DNA from: Gemmatimonadota bacterium
Lineage (GTDB): Bacteria > Latescibacterota > UBA2968 > UBA8231
Direction: 5' to 3'
DNA: 64,000 bases
Assembly (NCBI GenBank): GCA_038153405.1
Contig: JAYOYH010000006.1
Location: 47,894 to 111,893, forward strand
Position numbers and translations under genes: made by a program. The notes beneath the pieces were generated by a model. That model did no database searches and was not told the origin of the DNA. It was given only the letters and a program-made list of their open reading frames with translations. Of the stretch, positions 18,719 to 29,569 are shown piece after piece (position 1 is the stretch's first letter; every line of letters begins with the position of its first letter).

Positions 18719-20149
18719 ATGAGTGGCGAACGAATACTGGTAGTTGACGACGAAGTCGAGTTGGCGATGCGCTGTCAGCAGCTCTTAAAGGGCAAGGGCT
18801 ATGAAGTCGATATCGCGGCCAATGGCGTTGAGGCGCTAGATAGAATGGCCGCTGGCGAGCCGCACTTGCTGATTACCGATCTCAAAATGCCCGGCATGAG
18901 TGGCATGGAACTGCTCGAGCGCGCCAAGGAGCAGTTTCCCGACGTGCAGGCCGTTATGATGACGGCCTACAGTACGGTGCAAGACGCCGTCGAGGCGATG
19001 CGCCTAGGGGCGGATGACTTCGTGCCCAAACCCTTTTCTCCAGAACATCTGCTCATCGTCGTGCAGAAGGTATTGGCCAAACGCCAGCTGCACGAGGAAA
19101 ACCGCCACCTGAAAAAACAGCTGGACCAGCAGTACGGATTCGGAAACATCATCGGCAAGAGTCCGTCGATGGTGGCCATTTTCGAATCGATGCGCAAAAT
19201 TGCCGATGCGCAAATTAACGTGCTGGTCACGGGCGCGTCGGGCACGGGCAAGGAACTGATCGCCCGCGCTATTCACGCGCGCTCTTCGCGCAGCCATCGT
19301 CCCTTTGTCGCCCTCAACTGCGGCGCTATCCCCGAGCACCTCGTAGAGAGTGAAATCTTCGGCTACGAGCGCGGGGCTTTCACCGGCGCGGCTAAGACCA
19401 AACTCGGCCTGTTGGAGACGGCCAACGGCGGCACCTTCTTCATGGACGAAATCGGCGAATTGCCGGCTCTGATGCAGGTGAAGTTTCTGCGCGTTCTGCA
19501 GGACGGTACGTTCCGTCGCTTGGGCAGCAACGACGAACGCGAGGTCGATATCCGTCTGATCAGCGCCACGAATAGAAAGTTGGAAGACCTGGTTTCCGAA
19601 GGCACTTTTCGCGAAGATCTCTACTACCGCGTCAACACGTTTACCATTGAGATCCCCTCGCTAAAAGATCGCCGCGACGATATCGAACTCTTGGCCAGCC
19701 ACTTCTTGCAAAAATACGGCGAAAAGAACGGCAAATTCGTCTCCGGTATTTCGGCTGACGCGCTGCGTCTGATGCTGGCCTACGAGTGGAAGGGCAACGT
19801 GCGCGAGTTGGAGCACGCCGTCGAGCGCGGGCTGGTGCTGGCCAGCGGGGATAGGGTGGAGCCAGAGGATCTGCCCCAGGCCGTATGTGCAGCGCGCGTC
19901 GATGCAGCTGAAGCCGTGGTGACACAGCTGTACATGGAAAGGCCATTCAAGGAGGCCAAGGCGCTTATAGTAGAAGATTTCGAGAAGCACTATATCGCCG
20001 AGGTGCTCACCCGGCATGGGGGTAATATTTCGCGTGCGGCAGCCCACAGCGGCATCGATCGCCGCTCGCTGCACAGGCTATTGCTCAAGCACGAAATCGA
20101 TGCGTCGGAAATGGGGCGCAGAGCCAAGGAACAGGCTGTAGGTCAATAA
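18719..20149 (+). CDS. Sigma54-dependent response regulator (NtrC family; REC-AAA+-HTH)
   Basis: ILVVDDE, TDLKMPG, GASGTGKE, GAFTGA, FFMDEIGE, FREDLYYR, WKGNVRELE, C-terminal Fis-type HTH. Confidence 0.96.
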   Translation: MSGERILVVDDEVELAMRCQQLLKGKGYEVDIAANGVEALDRMAAGEPHLLITDLKMPGMSGMELLERAKEQFPDVQAVMMTAYSTVQDAVEAMRLGADDFVPKPFSPEHLLIVVQKVLAKRQLHEENRHLKKQLDQQYGFGNIIGKSPSMVAIFESMRKIADAQINVLVTGASGTGKELIARAIHARSSRSHRPFVALNCGAIPEHLVESEIFGYERGAFTGAAKTKLGLLETANGGTFFMDEIGELPALMQVKFLRVLQDGTFRRLGSNDEREVDIRLISATNRKLEDLVSEGTFREDLYYRVNTFTIEIPSLKDRRDDIELLASHFLQKYGEKNGKFVSGISADALRLMLAYEWKGNVRELEHAVERGLVLASGDRVEPEDLPQAVCAARVDAAEAVVTQLYMERPFKEAKALIVEDFEKHYIAEVLTRHGGNISRAAAHSGIDRRSLHRLLLKHEIDASEMGRRAKEQAVGQ

Positions 20150-20173
20150 ACCACCGCGCGAGCCTTGTCCTGT

Positions 20174-20214
20174 AAAAGCGCTGTGTGTGCCGAGAGGCCG
20201 CACCGGCGCTTTTT
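20174..20214. terminator. Probable bidirectional terminator between the ntrC-like gene and nuoN
   Basis: AAAAGCGC...GCGCTTTT imperfect hairpin between convergent genes. Confidence 0.5.
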
Positions 20215-20285
20215 GTTTGCAGGCGCCTGATGGGTTGGCTGGTGTAGGAGGGGTTGCGCCGCCGTGTGCAGCGCAACGATTGGCG

Positions 20286-21698
20286 CTAGCCGAGCGCCTC
20301 TGCTGCGCGGGCGGCCATATCCCAGAAGCGACCGGGGAAGGTGCCTAGCCCTAAAACCAGCGCCATGGAAGCCAGCGCCGTTATGCGCACGAAAGGCCCC
20401 ACTTCGACGGGCGGTGCGTCGGGGGCATCTTCTAAGTACGCGGCGCGCAGAACGATCAGATAGTAGTAGAGCGCGACTACGCTGTTGAGGGCCGCGACCA
20501 ATACCAGGCCAAATTGCCCCTGTTCGAGCGCAGCGGAAAAGAGGAACCACTTGCCTATGAAACCCACGGTGGGCGGAAGACCGATTAGGCCAAAAAGGCC
20601 GATCATCAGCGTTGCCGCCAGCAGCGGCGAGCGGTGGTGCAGGCCCTTGAGCGCGTCGATGGAAGCCGCATCGCTGTCGCGATTGACCTCGCAGACGACG
20701 ACAAAGCAGGCAAAAGACATGACGAGGTAGCCCAGCGCGTAGAATAGCGCCGAGCTAAAGCCCAGTGGGCCCCCGGTCTGTATGCCGATCAGCACGTAGC
20801 CTGCGTGTGCAACGGCCGAGTAGCCCAGCAGTCGCTTGAAGTCGTTCTGCACTAGGGCGGCAAAGTTGCCCAAGGTCATAGCGGCAATGCTGAGCCACAT
20901 GAGGATTGTCGTTATCTGCACGTCTGTCATTAGCGCCGTGAGGCGGCACAGGAGCGCGATGGCGGCCACCTTTGATACAGTAGCCAAATACGTAACGACT
21001 TCGTGCGGTGCGGCCTGATACGTATCGGGCGCCCAGAAGTGAAAGGGAAAAGCGCCGAGCTTAAAGAGGAAGCCGGCCATCAGCAGCGCTACACCGACCC
21101 AGAGTAGAGGCTGGCCGGTAGCCGCCGGTAACTGCCGCGCGAACTCGCTGAAGTAGGTGGAGCCAAATACGCCGTAGAGAAAGGACATGCCGTAGAGCGA
21201 AACGGCCGAAGCGATCATGCCCTGCACCATGTATTTTGTCGATGATTCACCGCCGCTTTCCACGCTGCGATGCAGTGCGACGCCGATGTAGAGCGGATAG
21301 GCGGCCAGTTCCATGGCGATGTAGAGGGTGAGCAATTCGGTGGCGCTGACCATCATCATAGCGCCCAGGGTGGCGAAGAGAAGGAACATGGGGAATTCAA
21401 CCCAAGCGCTGCGATCGATCGTGTTGGGTTGGCTGCTGATCGCTACGACGAGGAGAAAGCCCAGTGCCAGGGCGGCTTTGGCGAATTGCGAAAAGAAGTC
21501 GACGCGATAAATACCCTGCGCAAAGGGCTGACCGCTTGCACCTAATGTCCAAAGAGCTGCAAGTAGAGCGAGCGCGCCGCCGAACAGCGCTAATAACCAT
21601 GCCGTGCGATAGCGCGATTCGAATATCGGGCAGGCAAAGAGCGCTAGTCCTGTTATGATCAGCGCCAGTTCGGGCGCAAAGAGCAGGGCGTCAGACAT
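20286..21698 (-). CDS. nuoN: Complex I subunit N
   Basis: FKLGAFPFHFWAPDTY, KRLLGYS, GLPPTVGFIGKW; position in operon. Confidence 0.95.
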   Translation of the reverse strand: MSDALLFAPELALIITGLALFACPIFESRYRTAWLLALFGGALALLAALWTLGASGQPFAQGIYRVDFFSQFAKAALALGFLLVVAISSQPNTIDRSAWVEFPMFLLFATLGAMMMVSATELLTLYIAMELAAYPLYIGVALHRSVESGGESSTKYMVQGMIASAVSLYGMSFLYGVFGSTYFSEFARQLPAATGQPLLWVGVALLMAGFLFKLGAFPFHFWAPDTYQAAPHEVVTYLATVSKVAAIALLCRLTALMTDVQITTILMWLSIAAMTLGNFAALVQNDFKRLLGYSAVAHAGYVLIGIQTGGPLGFSSALFYALGYLVMSFACFVVVCEVNRDSDAASIDALKGLHHRSPLLAATLMIGLFGLIGLPPTVGFIGKWFLFSAALEQGQFGLVLVAALNSVVALYYYLIVLRAAYLEDAPDAPPVEVGPFVRITALASMALVLGLGTFPGRFWDMAARAAEALG

Positions 21699-21699
21699 A

Positions 21700-23172
21700 T
21701 TAGAACCTTCCCAGCAGCACGGCAGTCGTCTGGTTTATGGTGTTGAGCATGGCATTGGGATAGAAGCCAAAAAATACCAGGACCGCGACGAGAATAGCGC
21801 GCGGCAATAGCTGCATGCCGCGCATGTCCTGCGTGCGCAGTCCATCCCAGCGCGGGTTGGGCGGGCCGTAAAAGGCAAGGGCAAAAACGCGCAGAATATA
21901 AACGGCGGTCAGAACCAATCCGCCGATGATCGCTACACCAATGATTGGATAGGTCTTTAGCGCGGCGAGAAATACCAGCAGTTCCGGCCAAAAGCTGGCC
22001 AGACCAGGCAAGCCGGCGCCGCACAGGCCAGCGATGATAAAGAGCGATACGGCGCGCGGCATTTGCGAGCCGAGGCCGCCGAAATCAGTCAGTGTTTTGG
22101 AGTGGGCGCGGTCGTAGATAAAGCCGACGGTGCTAAAGAATAGCGCGGTCATTACGCCATGCGCGAACATTTGAAAGACGGCGCCGTTGAGCGCATCGGC
22201 GCCCGCTTTGCCAAGGGCGGCCAGATTGAGGCCGAGCAGCACTACGCCCATGTGCGAAACGGAGGAAAAGCCGATGACGAATTTAAAATCGCTCTGGCGC
22301 ATGGCGACAAAGGCGCCGTAGATAATGCCGATAGCCGCTAGCACGGAAAAGGTCGGTGCCCAGTAGACTGCTCCTTCGGGTAGGAGGCGCATGCCGACGA
22401 CCAGCACGCCAAAGGCGCCCAGTTTCATTAGCACGCCGGCGTGCAGCATCGATACGGCCGAGGGCGCGGCGACGTGTCCAGTCGGCGACCAGCCGTGAAA
22501 GGGAAACATACCGGCCAGCACGCCAAAGCCGAGGTAAATAAATGGATAGCAGAATACCTGGAAATCGGGGTCAAAGGCGTGCGAGGCGAGAGCAACCATG
22601 TCGAAGGTATGCATACCCGCCTCGTGGTAGATGGCCAACAGGCCAGGGAATAAGAGTGCGCTGCCGGCTAGGAGAAATACCATGAGCTTCATCGCCGCAT
22701 AGTCTTTGTTGCCGCTGCCCCAGATTAGGATTAGGGGATACATCGGCACCACGGCGATTTCGTAGAAGAAAAAAAGAAAGAATAGGTCCTGCGACATAAA
22801 TACGCCGTACACGCCAATGACTAACAGCACCATAAAGGCGAAGTATTCTTTGACGCGGTGTTGCAGATCCCACATTGTCAGGACGCCGGTGAAATAGACG
22901 ATTGAGTTGAGTAAGATGAGGACGGTGCCGAAGCCATCGACGGCGACGTGGTAGGCGATGCCCACGCCATCGACCCAGGGAATGCGCTCGATAAACTGCA
23001 GCCCGCCGTCGGCGCTGTCGTAGGAAAAGAACAGCTGTAGGCTAAGCGCGCTGGCCGCCAGTCCGCTCAGCGCGCACAGCCAGCGAATGGCCGATACCGC
23101 GCGCGCCGGCACGAGCAGCAAGATACAGAGCGTGAGCGTGGGAACGAGAAGTATGTAGCTCAGAAGCGGCAT
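21700..23172 (-). CDS. nuoM: Complex I subunit M
   Basis: FFFFYEIAVVPMY, PFHGWSPTGHVAAP..SMLHAGVLMKLG, SSVSHMG. Confidence 0.95.
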   Translation of the reverse strand: MPLLSYILLVPTLTLCILLLVPARAVSAIRWLCALSGLAASALSLQLFFSYDSADGGLQFIERIPWVDGVGIAYHVAVDGFGTVLILLNSIVYFTGVLTMWDLQHRVKEYFAFMVLLVIGVYGVFMSQDLFFLFFFYEIAVVPMYPLILIWGSGNKDYAAMKLMVFLLAGSALLFPGLLAIYHEAGMHTFDMVALASHAFDPDFQVFCYPFIYLGFGVLAGMFPFHGWSPTGHVAAPSAVSMLHAGVLMKLGAFGVLVVGMRLLPEGAVYWAPTFSVLAAIGIIYGAFVAMRQSDFKFVIGFSSVSHMGVVLLGLNLAALGKAGADALNGAVFQMFAHGVMTALFFSTVGFIYDRAHSKTLTDFGGLGSQMPRAVSLFIIAGLCGAGLPGLASFWPELLVFLAALKTYPIIGVAIIGGLVLTAVYILRVFALAFYGPPNPRWDGLRTQDMRGMQLLPRAILVAVLVFFGFYPNAMLNTINQTTAVLLGRF

Positions 23173-23184
23173 ATCGATCCTTTC

Positions 23185-25017
23185 TCAGCGCAGTCCAATA
23201 TAGAGCGCGGCCAATCCCACCAGCACAATCGTCGCCCCGGCGTAGAATTGCAACCAGCCGTTTTGCAGGCGCGAGGCGCTGCCGCCGGCGCGGACGGTGC
23301 CGTGCCCCACTTGATCAAAGCCGTCGTCAAAAAGGCGCGACTCAACGGCAAAGAACAGGGCCGAGAGCGCGTCGTTAAGCCGGACGAAGACCGCGCGGTA
23401 GATCTCATCGATATACCAGCGATTGACAAAGAGCGTTTGCAGGGCGGGCACGGCGGCGATGAAGCCGCGCCGCGCCGCGCCTTTGCGCCCGAAGTCGAGA
23501 TAGGCGATGGCGATGCCGAAGAGCACCACGCCGATGGCCGGCAACATAGAATTCAGATCGTGATGTGCTGGCGCAGCGCCCAGCTGCGCGGCGATGGATG
23601 CGCCGTAAAAGCCGAGCACGACGGCACCGGCAGCCAGCAAGACAATGGGCGCCATCATAACGGCGGGCTGGGCCGGACCGTGGTGATGGTCGCCGTGTGC
23701 CTCTTCGAGTTTGTCGGGCAGGACGATCAGGAACAGCATGCGCGCGGTGTAATAGGCTGTCAGAAAGGCGGCCAACAGGGCGGCGATGGAAAAAAGCGTA
23801 GCACCGTCGTGACCCAGCGCGGCGAAGATCTCCTCTTTGGAGAAAAAGCCGGCCAGCGGGGGAACGCCGGCTAGTGCGCCGGCGCCAACGGCTAGGGCCA
23901 GCGTCGTCAGGCCGAGAGAGCGTCCACCGCGTCGCCCAATTTCCCGCATATCGTTGGTGGCAAAGTGGTGTATGTAGACGCCTGAGCACAGAAAGAGCAG
24001 GGCCTTAAAGACAGCGTGCGTGATCAGGTGGAACACGCCGGCAAAGAGGCTGCCGGCGGCCAGGCCCATGAGCATAAAGCCGAGCTGGCTGATCGACGAG
24101 TAGGCCAATACCTTCTTTATATCGGTGGCTACCATGGCGATAGTTGCCGCGAACAGTGCGGTAAAGGCCGCTATGGCGAGTACGACGTTGAGCGCTGTAG
24201 GAGCGGCCACAAAGAGGGGGTGCAGGCGCGCCATGAGGTAGACACCGGCGGCTACCATCGTCGCCGAGTGCAGCAGCGCGCTGACGGGCGTGGGGCCTTC
24301 CATGGCATCGGGCAGCCAGGTGTGCAGCGGAAACTGGGCACTCTTGCCAACGATGCCCATAAAGATCAGCAGCGTGATGGTGCTGAGTGCTGGCCCAGCC
24401 AGTTTTACTAGGCCCGTCTCCGGATCGAGGAGTGCGGGCAGGTCGAAATTATTGGTCAACGGCAGGATCATCAGGATGCCGATAAAGAGGCCGACATCGC
24501 CAATGCGCGTCATGAGAAAGGCCTTGCGCGCAGCGGCGCTGGCCTCGGGCTTCTCGTACCAGAAGCCAATGAGGAAAAACGACGCGAGGCCAACCAATTC
24601 CCAAAAGATGAACGACTGCAGCAGGTCGACGGCGTAGACAAAGCTGAGCATGGCCCAGGCGAAAAGCGAGAGCATGGCAAAGTATCGCGCGCGGCCCGGA
24701 TCGTCGGCCATATAGCCGAGGGAGTAGATCATAACGCAGAGCGTAATAAGCGCTACGGCCACGCCGAACATTAGGCTAATGCCGTCGAGCAAAAAGCCGA
24801 ACTGCAGGTGAAGTTGTCCGCTGGAAAACCACGCAAAGCGCAGCGGTTCGGTCGGCCCCTGCAGCAGCAGGCCGGCGCTGCCCAAGAGCGCCAGCACCGC
24901 ACCGGCGATAGAAACCAACTGCGCCAAGCGCGGCTGGCCGTTGAGAAAAATCAGCGCAATAAAAAAAGCAGGCAGCGGCGAGAGGGTGGCCAGGAGGGCG
25001 AGTGTGAGCGTATCCAC
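23185..25017 (-). CDS. nuoL: Complex I subunit L
   Basis: WELVGLASFFLIGFW, KSAQFPLHTWLPDAMEGPTPVSALLHSATMV, HAVFKALLF. Confidence 0.96.
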   Translation of the reverse strand: MDTLTLALLATLSPLPAFFIALIFLNGQPRLAQLVSIAGAVLALLGSAGLLLQGPTEPLRFAWFSSGQLHLQFGFLLDGISLMFGVAVALITLCVMIYSLGYMADDPGRARYFAMLSLFAWAMLSFVYAVDLLQSFIFWELVGLASFFLIGFWYEKPEASAAARKAFLMTRIGDVGLFIGILMILPLTNNFDLPALLDPETGLVKLAGPALSTITLLIFMGIVGKSAQFPLHTWLPDAMEGPTPVSALLHSATMVAAGVYLMARLHPLFVAAPTALNVVLAIAAFTALFAATIAMVATDIKKVLAYSSISQLGFMLMGLAAGSLFAGVFHLITHAVFKALLFLCSGVYIHHFATNDMREIGRRGGRSLGLTTLALAVGAGALAGVPPLAGFFSKEEIFAALGHDGATLFSIAALLAAFLTAYYTARMLFLIVLPDKLEEAHGDHHHGPAQPAVMMAPIVLLAAGAVVLGFYGASIAAQLGAAPAHHDLNSMLPAIGVVLFGIAIAYLDFGRKGAARRGFIAAVPALQTLFVNRWYIDEIYRAVFVRLNDALSALFFAVESRLFDDGFDQVGHGTVRAGGSASRLQNGWLQFYAGATIVLVGLAALYIGLR

Positions 25018-25019
25018 GG

Positions 25020-25325
25020 CTATCCCTTTAGGGTTGTGATGTGTTCGGAGTCAATTTCGCGGCGCTGGCGGTAGAGTCGCAGAATGATCGAAAGAAAGAT
25101 GGCGACCTCAGCAGCGGCCAGTCCGATAATGATGAGCACGAAGACCTGGCCGACGGCGGGGTCCTGAACCACGTAGCGATTAAAGGCCATAAAGTTGAGA
25201 CTGGCTGCATTCATCATCAGTTCGACGCCGATGAGCACGGCGATGAGGTTGCGCTGTGAAAGAGCAGCTACCAGTCCGAGCGAAAAGAGCACGAGGCCGA
25301 GTACCAGGTAGGATTCGAGTGTCAT
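25020..25325 (-). CDS. nuoK: Complex I subunit K
   Basis: RNLIAVLIGVELMMNA, AAAEVAI. Confidence 0.95.
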   Translation of the reverse strand: MTLESYLVLGLVLFSLGLVAALSQRNLIAVLIGVELMMNAASLNFMAFNRYVVQDPAVGQVFVLIIIGLAAAEVAIFLSIILRLYRQRREIDSEHITTLKG

Positions 25326-25828
25326 GCGGCCTTTCTCTCTCTGCGCGCGATGAGAATCGCACCGACAATGGCCAATAAGAGCACGACGGAAAGCGTTTCA
25401 AAGACGAGGTTATAGGCGTTTAGCAGCAGGTGGCCAATGCGGCTAATGGCCCAGGCATCAGCGGGCAGCGCACCGGTTGGTATGGGGAATTCCGCACCGC
25501 GCATGGCGACGAACATCGCGGCAAAAAAGAGCGCGCCGGCGAAAACGGCTAGCGCCGACTTGCCCCGGTGGCTCTGCGGCGGCCGCATGGCCATGGAGGT
25601 GGACAGCATCATGGCAAAGACGATAGCCACGGTGATGCCGCCAATGTAGATGAGCAGCTGCATGGCGGCGACAAACGGGCTGCCGAGAAAGAGAAATATG
25701 CCGGACAGTCCGAGCAGAGTGACGCCGAGACCGATGATGGCGTAGAGCACTTGGCCGGCAAAAGCGGCCATTAGGCCGCCGAGAAGCACCAGGCCGACAA
25801 ATAGATAGAGGACCGCGTGTTCAACCAT
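25322..25828 (-). CDS. nuoJ: Complex I subunit J
   Basis: FVAAMQLLIYIGGI.V..VFA.ML, FET.SVVLLLAIVGA; true start ATG 25828. Confidence 0.93.
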   Translation of the reverse strand: MVEHAVLYLFVGLVLLGGLMAAFAGQVLYAIIGLGVTLLGLSGIFLFLGSPFVAAMQLLIYIGGITVAIVFAMMLSTSMAMRPPQSHRGKSALAVFAGALFFAAMFVAMRGAEFPIPTGALPADAWAISRIGHLLLNAYNLVFETLSVVLLLAIVGAILIARRERKAA

Positions 25829-26399
25829 CTTGCTCCTCCGCTTTTTGGTCGCCGTCCTCGCTGGAGGATTTTGCTGCGGCCGCCTTTTTACGCGCCTCGA
25901 CGGCGGCGGCTTTTTCTGCGGCGGCTTTGGCCTCCGCTTCGCGCAGGCGCTCGATCGTCGCCGCTTCCTTGTCCCGCCAGGGATCGAGCAGGTCGTAGAC
26001 GAAATCTTTGCGAGAATAACCGGTCTCGTCGTAGCTGCGGCTGTAGCCCAGCGTGTCGGTCGGGCATACGTCGAGGCAGAGGCCGCACTCGCTGCACAGC
26101 GCAAAGTCGACGGTAAATTCGGTGACGCGCTGGCGCTTGAGCCCGTCTGGGCGCCCACCGTCGAGGTGGATGCAAAACGATGGGCATACGCGTTCGCAGG
26201 CCTTGCAGGCGATGCAGTCGTGCGACTGTATATCCTCTTTTTCGATGAGCACGATGACGTTGCGGTAGGCTTCCGTCATCTCCAGGCGCTCTTTGGGATA
26301 CTCCGATGTGACGGGCGGCTGGAGAAAATTCTGCACGGTGACTTTCATGCCGACCAGCAGCGAAGCGGCGCCGACGTAGATGTCTCTGAGTAGGGGCAT
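25821..26399 (-). CDS. nuoI: Complex I subunit I (2x[4Fe-4S])
   Basis: VTSEYP, CIACKACERVCP and CSECGLCLDVCP. Confidence 0.94.
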   Translation of the reverse strand: MPLLRDIYVGAASLLVGMKVTVQNFLQPPVTSEYPKERLEMTEAYRNVIVLIEKEDIQSHDCIACKACERVCPSFCIHLDGGRPDGLKRQRVTEFTVDFALCSECGLCLDVCPTDTLGYSRSYDETGYSRKDFVYDLLDPWRDKEAATIERLREAEAKAAAEKAAAVEARKKAAAAKSSSEDGDQKAEEQDG

Positions 26400-26414
26400 T
26401 GCGGTCTCTCGTCT

Positions 26415-27392
26415 CTAAAACAGTTTCATCACGACAGTCGTGAGCAGCAAATTGATGATGGAGAGCGGAACGAGCACAATCCATGCAAAGCTCATGAGCT
26501 GATCGAAGCGCAGGCGTGGAAAGGTCCAGCGGAACCACATCATTAGCACGATCAGCGCATAGACCTTTATGAAAAACCACACAAAGCCGGGAAGAAAAGG
26601 ACCGCGCCAGCCGCCCAAAAATAGCACGGTCGCCAGCGCGCACATGATGATCATATTGGAGTATTCGGCAAAGAAGAATAGAGCAAAGCGCATGCCGGAG
26701 TACTCGGTGTGGAAACCGGCGACGAGTTCGGACTCGGCTTCGGGGATGTCGAAGGGTGCGCGATTGGTCTCGGCGGTGGCGGCAATGATAAAGACTATGG
26801 CGGCAATGGGCTGGACCAGCAAAAAGGGATAAGTGGTCTGCGCGGCAGCAATGTCGTAGAGGCTGAGCGAGCCGGTCATGAGCACGATGGGAATGACCGA
26901 GAGGATAAGCGGAATCTCGTAGGAGATATTTTGCGCGACGGACCGCACCGCGCCGAGCAGGGCATACTTGTTATTCGATCCCCAGCCGGCGATAAAGATG
27001 CCGACGATATTGATGCTGCCGATGGCCAACAGCAGTACGAGCGCGGCGTCAAAGTCGTGAAAGACCCACTCGCTCGACAGGGGAAAGAGCGAACACAGAG
27101 CGACGACGGGCATAAAGACTAGCACCGGCGCAGCCAAGTAGAGCGGCCTGTTTACGTGGTCGGGCGTCAGCAACTCTTTGCTGATGAGCTTGCCCATATC
27201 GGCCACCGACTGCAGCAGGCCAAGCGGCCCGTGTTCCGTGGGGCCGAGGCGGCGTTGGATGCGGGCCGACAGCTTGCGCTCTAGCCAGATGAGCATCATA
27301 GCGTTGACCGTCAGGTAGGCCATGATGATCGCAACGGCGGCGGGAATGGCCAGCCATGAGCTTTCGAGTATTGCAGCTAGGTTTCGTTCCAT
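26415..27392 (-). CDS. nuoH: Complex I subunit H
   Basis: ERKLSARIQRRLGP, AETNRAPFDIPEAESELVAGFHTEYSG, PRLRFDQL. Confidence 0.97.
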   Translation of the reverse strand: MERNLAAILESSWLAIPAAVAIIMAYLTVNAMMLIWLERKLSARIQRRLGPTEHGPLGLLQSVADMGKLISKELLTPDHVNRPLYLAAPVLVFMPVVALCSLFPLSSEWVFHDFDAALVLLLAIGSINIVGIFIAGWGSNNKYALLGAVRSVAQNISYEIPLILSVIPIVLMTGSLSLYDIAAAQTTYPFLLVQPIAAIVFIIAATAETNRAPFDIPEAESELVAGFHTEYSGMRFALFFFAEYSNMIIMCALATVLFLGGWRGPFLPGFVWFFIKVYALIVLMMWFRWTFPRLRFDQLMSFAWIVLVPLSIINLLLTTVVMKLF

Positions 27393-27395
27393 CTC

Positions 27396-28520
27396 TTACC
27401 GGTCGATTTCGGGTACGACGATATCGATGCTGCCGAGTATGGCGACCGCGTCGGACAGCATGGTGCCCGGCATCACCTCGCACATGGCGGAAATATTTAC
27501 AAAAGAGGGCGTCGTCAGTTTATGGCGCAGCGGCACGTCGGAGCCGTCGCTGACGATGATGTGCTGGTAGCGGCCGCGCGCGGACTCGACGGCGAAGCAG
27601 TACTCGCCTGCGGGTGGGCGCAGGCGCTTGGGCACCTTGGCGGCCATAAACGGCCCGTCGGGTATATCGCGCAGCGCCTGTTCGATCAGGTGCAGACTTT
27701 CGCGCATCTCATCCATGCGGACGAGGCTGCGCGCAAAGCAGTCCCCTTCGCTCCGCGTCGGTACGCTAAACTCGAACTGTGGGTAGATGCCATAGGGCTC
27801 TTCTTTGCGCACGTCGCGGGCGACGCCCATGGCGCGCAGGCAGGGGCCGGAGAGGCCGTATTGCTCGATAATGCGCTCGGGAAATGCACCCACGCTTTGG
27901 GTGCGCTCCTGAAAGATGACGTTGCCGATGACCAGTTCGTCAAAGAGGGTCAGTCGCTCTCTGAAGTAGGCGACAAAGTCGGCGGTCTGGCGCAAGAAGA
28001 TGTCGTCGACGTCCATCACGACGCCGCCGAAACGACCGTAGCTGTAGGTCAGGCGCGAACCGGTAATGCGGTCGAGGATGTCGAGGATCTTCTCGCGGTC
28101 GTCAAAGCCGTATAGAAAGGGGGTAATGCCGCCCAGATCGAGCAGGTAGGTGCCCAGCCACAGCAGGTGGCTGGAAATGCGGTTGAGCTCTCCGGCGATC
28201 ATGCGGATGTACTGTGCGCGTTCGGGCACATCAATTTCGAGCATTTTTTCCACGGCCTGGCAGTAGGCCAGATTGTAGATCATACCCGACAGATAATCGA
28301 TCCGGCTGGTATTGGGCAGGAACTGCGTGTAGTCGCGATTCTCGGCCATCTTCTCGTGGGCGCGATGGCCGTAGCCGATGACGGGGTCGACTTCGATGAT
28401 CGTTTCGCCGTCGAGGTGCAACACGAGGCGCAGCACGCCGTGCGTCGACGGGTGCTGTGGCCCCATGTTCATGTAGTACGTATCGCGATCTTGGGCGACG
28501 AGCTCGATTGTATCAGTCAC
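27396..28520 (-). CDS. nuoD: Complex I subunit D
   Basis: [20 protein letters not shown]-terminal EIDR; no NiFe CxxC motifs. Confidence 0.96.
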   Translation of the reverse strand: MTDTIELVAQDRDTYYMNMGPQHPSTHGVLRLVLHLDGETIIEVDPVIGYGHRAHEKMAENRDYTQFLPNTSRIDYLSGMIYNLAYCQAVEKMLEIDVPERAQYIRMIAGELNRISSHLLWLGTYLLDLGGITPFLYGFDDREKILDILDRITGSRLTYSYGRFGGVVMDVDDIFLRQTADFVAYFRERLTLFDELVIGNVIFQERTQSVGAFPERIIEQYGLSGPCLRAMGVARDVRKEEPYGIYPQFEFSVPTRSEGDCFARSLVRMDEMRESLHLIEQALRDIPDGPFMAAKVPKRLRPPAGEYCFAVESARGRYQHIIVSDGSDVPLRHKLTTPSFVNISAMCEVMPGTMLSDAVAILGSIDIVVPEIDR

Positions 28521-29028
28521 TGGCCATCTCCTCGCGGCGCGGGTCCATATCGGAAAAGTCCTTTAGCAAGGGATGTCCGCTGTAATTGTCGGGCATCAGC
28601 AGGCGCCGCAGATCGGGGTGGCCGGCAAACGAAACGCCGTACATATCGAAGATTTCGCGCTCGTGCCAGTTGGCTCCGGCAAAGACCGCGGCGATGCTCG
28701 GTGCGCTGTGGTCGGGAACTAGGTCGGCGCAGAGCAGGTGGCGGTCGGGATCGCCGGGGCGATTAAACTGGTAGGCCAGTCGCAGCGCGCCGGTTGGCCG
28801 TGCGTCGTCGCTTTCCTCCTCGCCCTCTTTCTTTTTCCCCTTCACCATATCGCGCGCATCTATGCAGGTCATCATTTCCAGATAGTAGCCGGCAGAGCGG
28901 AAGAGCTCGGCGATGGCCGGCATTAGGGGCAGTTCGGCGCGGTGTCTGTGGTGATATCCGCTGACGGCGTAGTCCGATTCGGTCGACTCGGCAATGCCCT
29001 CGTGTTGGCGTAGTGTTTCGCCGATCAT
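28513..29028 (-). CDS. nuoC: Complex I subunit C
   Basis: [26 protein letters not shown]...HPLLKDF. Confidence 0.95.
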   Translation of the reverse strand: MIGETLRQHEGIAESTESDYAVSGYHHRHRAELPLMPAIAELFRSAGYYLEMMTCIDARDMVKGKKKEGEEESDDARPTGALRLAYQFNRPGDPDRHLLCADLVPDHSAPSIAAVFAGANWHEREIFDMYGVSFAGHPDLRRLLMPDNYSGHPLLKDFSDMDPRREEMASD

Positions 29029-29030
29029 AA

Positions 29031-29561
29031 TTATCCCTTGAAATTCTTTCCGGCTTTGATTTTCTCGCCCAGTTTGAGCAGGGCGGCATAGAGCGCTTCG
29101 GGGCGCGGCGGACAGCCGGGAACGTAGACGTCGACCGGAACGATTCGGTCGGCTCCTTCGACGATGGCATACTGGCCTGGGTATTTGAACGGACCGCCAT
29201 CAATGGTGCAGCCGCCCATGGCAATGGCCCACTTGGGCGAGGGCATCTGATCCCAGAGCATCTTAATGGGGTCGGCCATTTTGCGCGAGATCGTACCGGC
29301 CAGGATCATGACGTCGGCCTGACGCGCGCTGGGGCGGAAGACGCCGGCGCCAATGCGGTCTAGGTCAAAGCGCGCCGCGCCGACAGCCATCATCTCGATG
29401 GCGCAGCAGGCCAAGCCAAAGGTCAGCGGCCACAGCGAACGTGCGCGCGCGTGGTTGAGCAGGTTTTCCAGCGAGTTGATGTGCACCAGAGGGCCGATTT
29501 GGCGTAGCAGTTCCTCGCTCTGTGCGTCGACTTTCTGGGGCGTCGTATCGGCAGGTACCAT
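29031..29561 (-). CDS. nuoB: Complex I subunit B
   Basis: [29 protein letters not shown]. Confidence 0.97.
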   Translation of the reverse strand: MVPADTTPQKVDAQSEELLRQIGPLVHINSLENLLNHARARSLWPLTFGLACCAIEMMAVGAARFDLDRIGAGVFRPSARQADVMILAGTISRKMADPIKMLWDQMPSPKWAIAMGGCTIDGGPFKYPGQYAIVEGADRIVPVDVYVPGCPPRPEALYAALLKLGEKIKAGKNFKG

Positions 29562-29569
29562 ATAACTCC

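Noticed and set aside
25829..26158. N-terminal extension of NuoJ in the ORF track
   Set aside because: Overlaps nuoI in another frame; the real start is ATG 25828 after GGAGGAG
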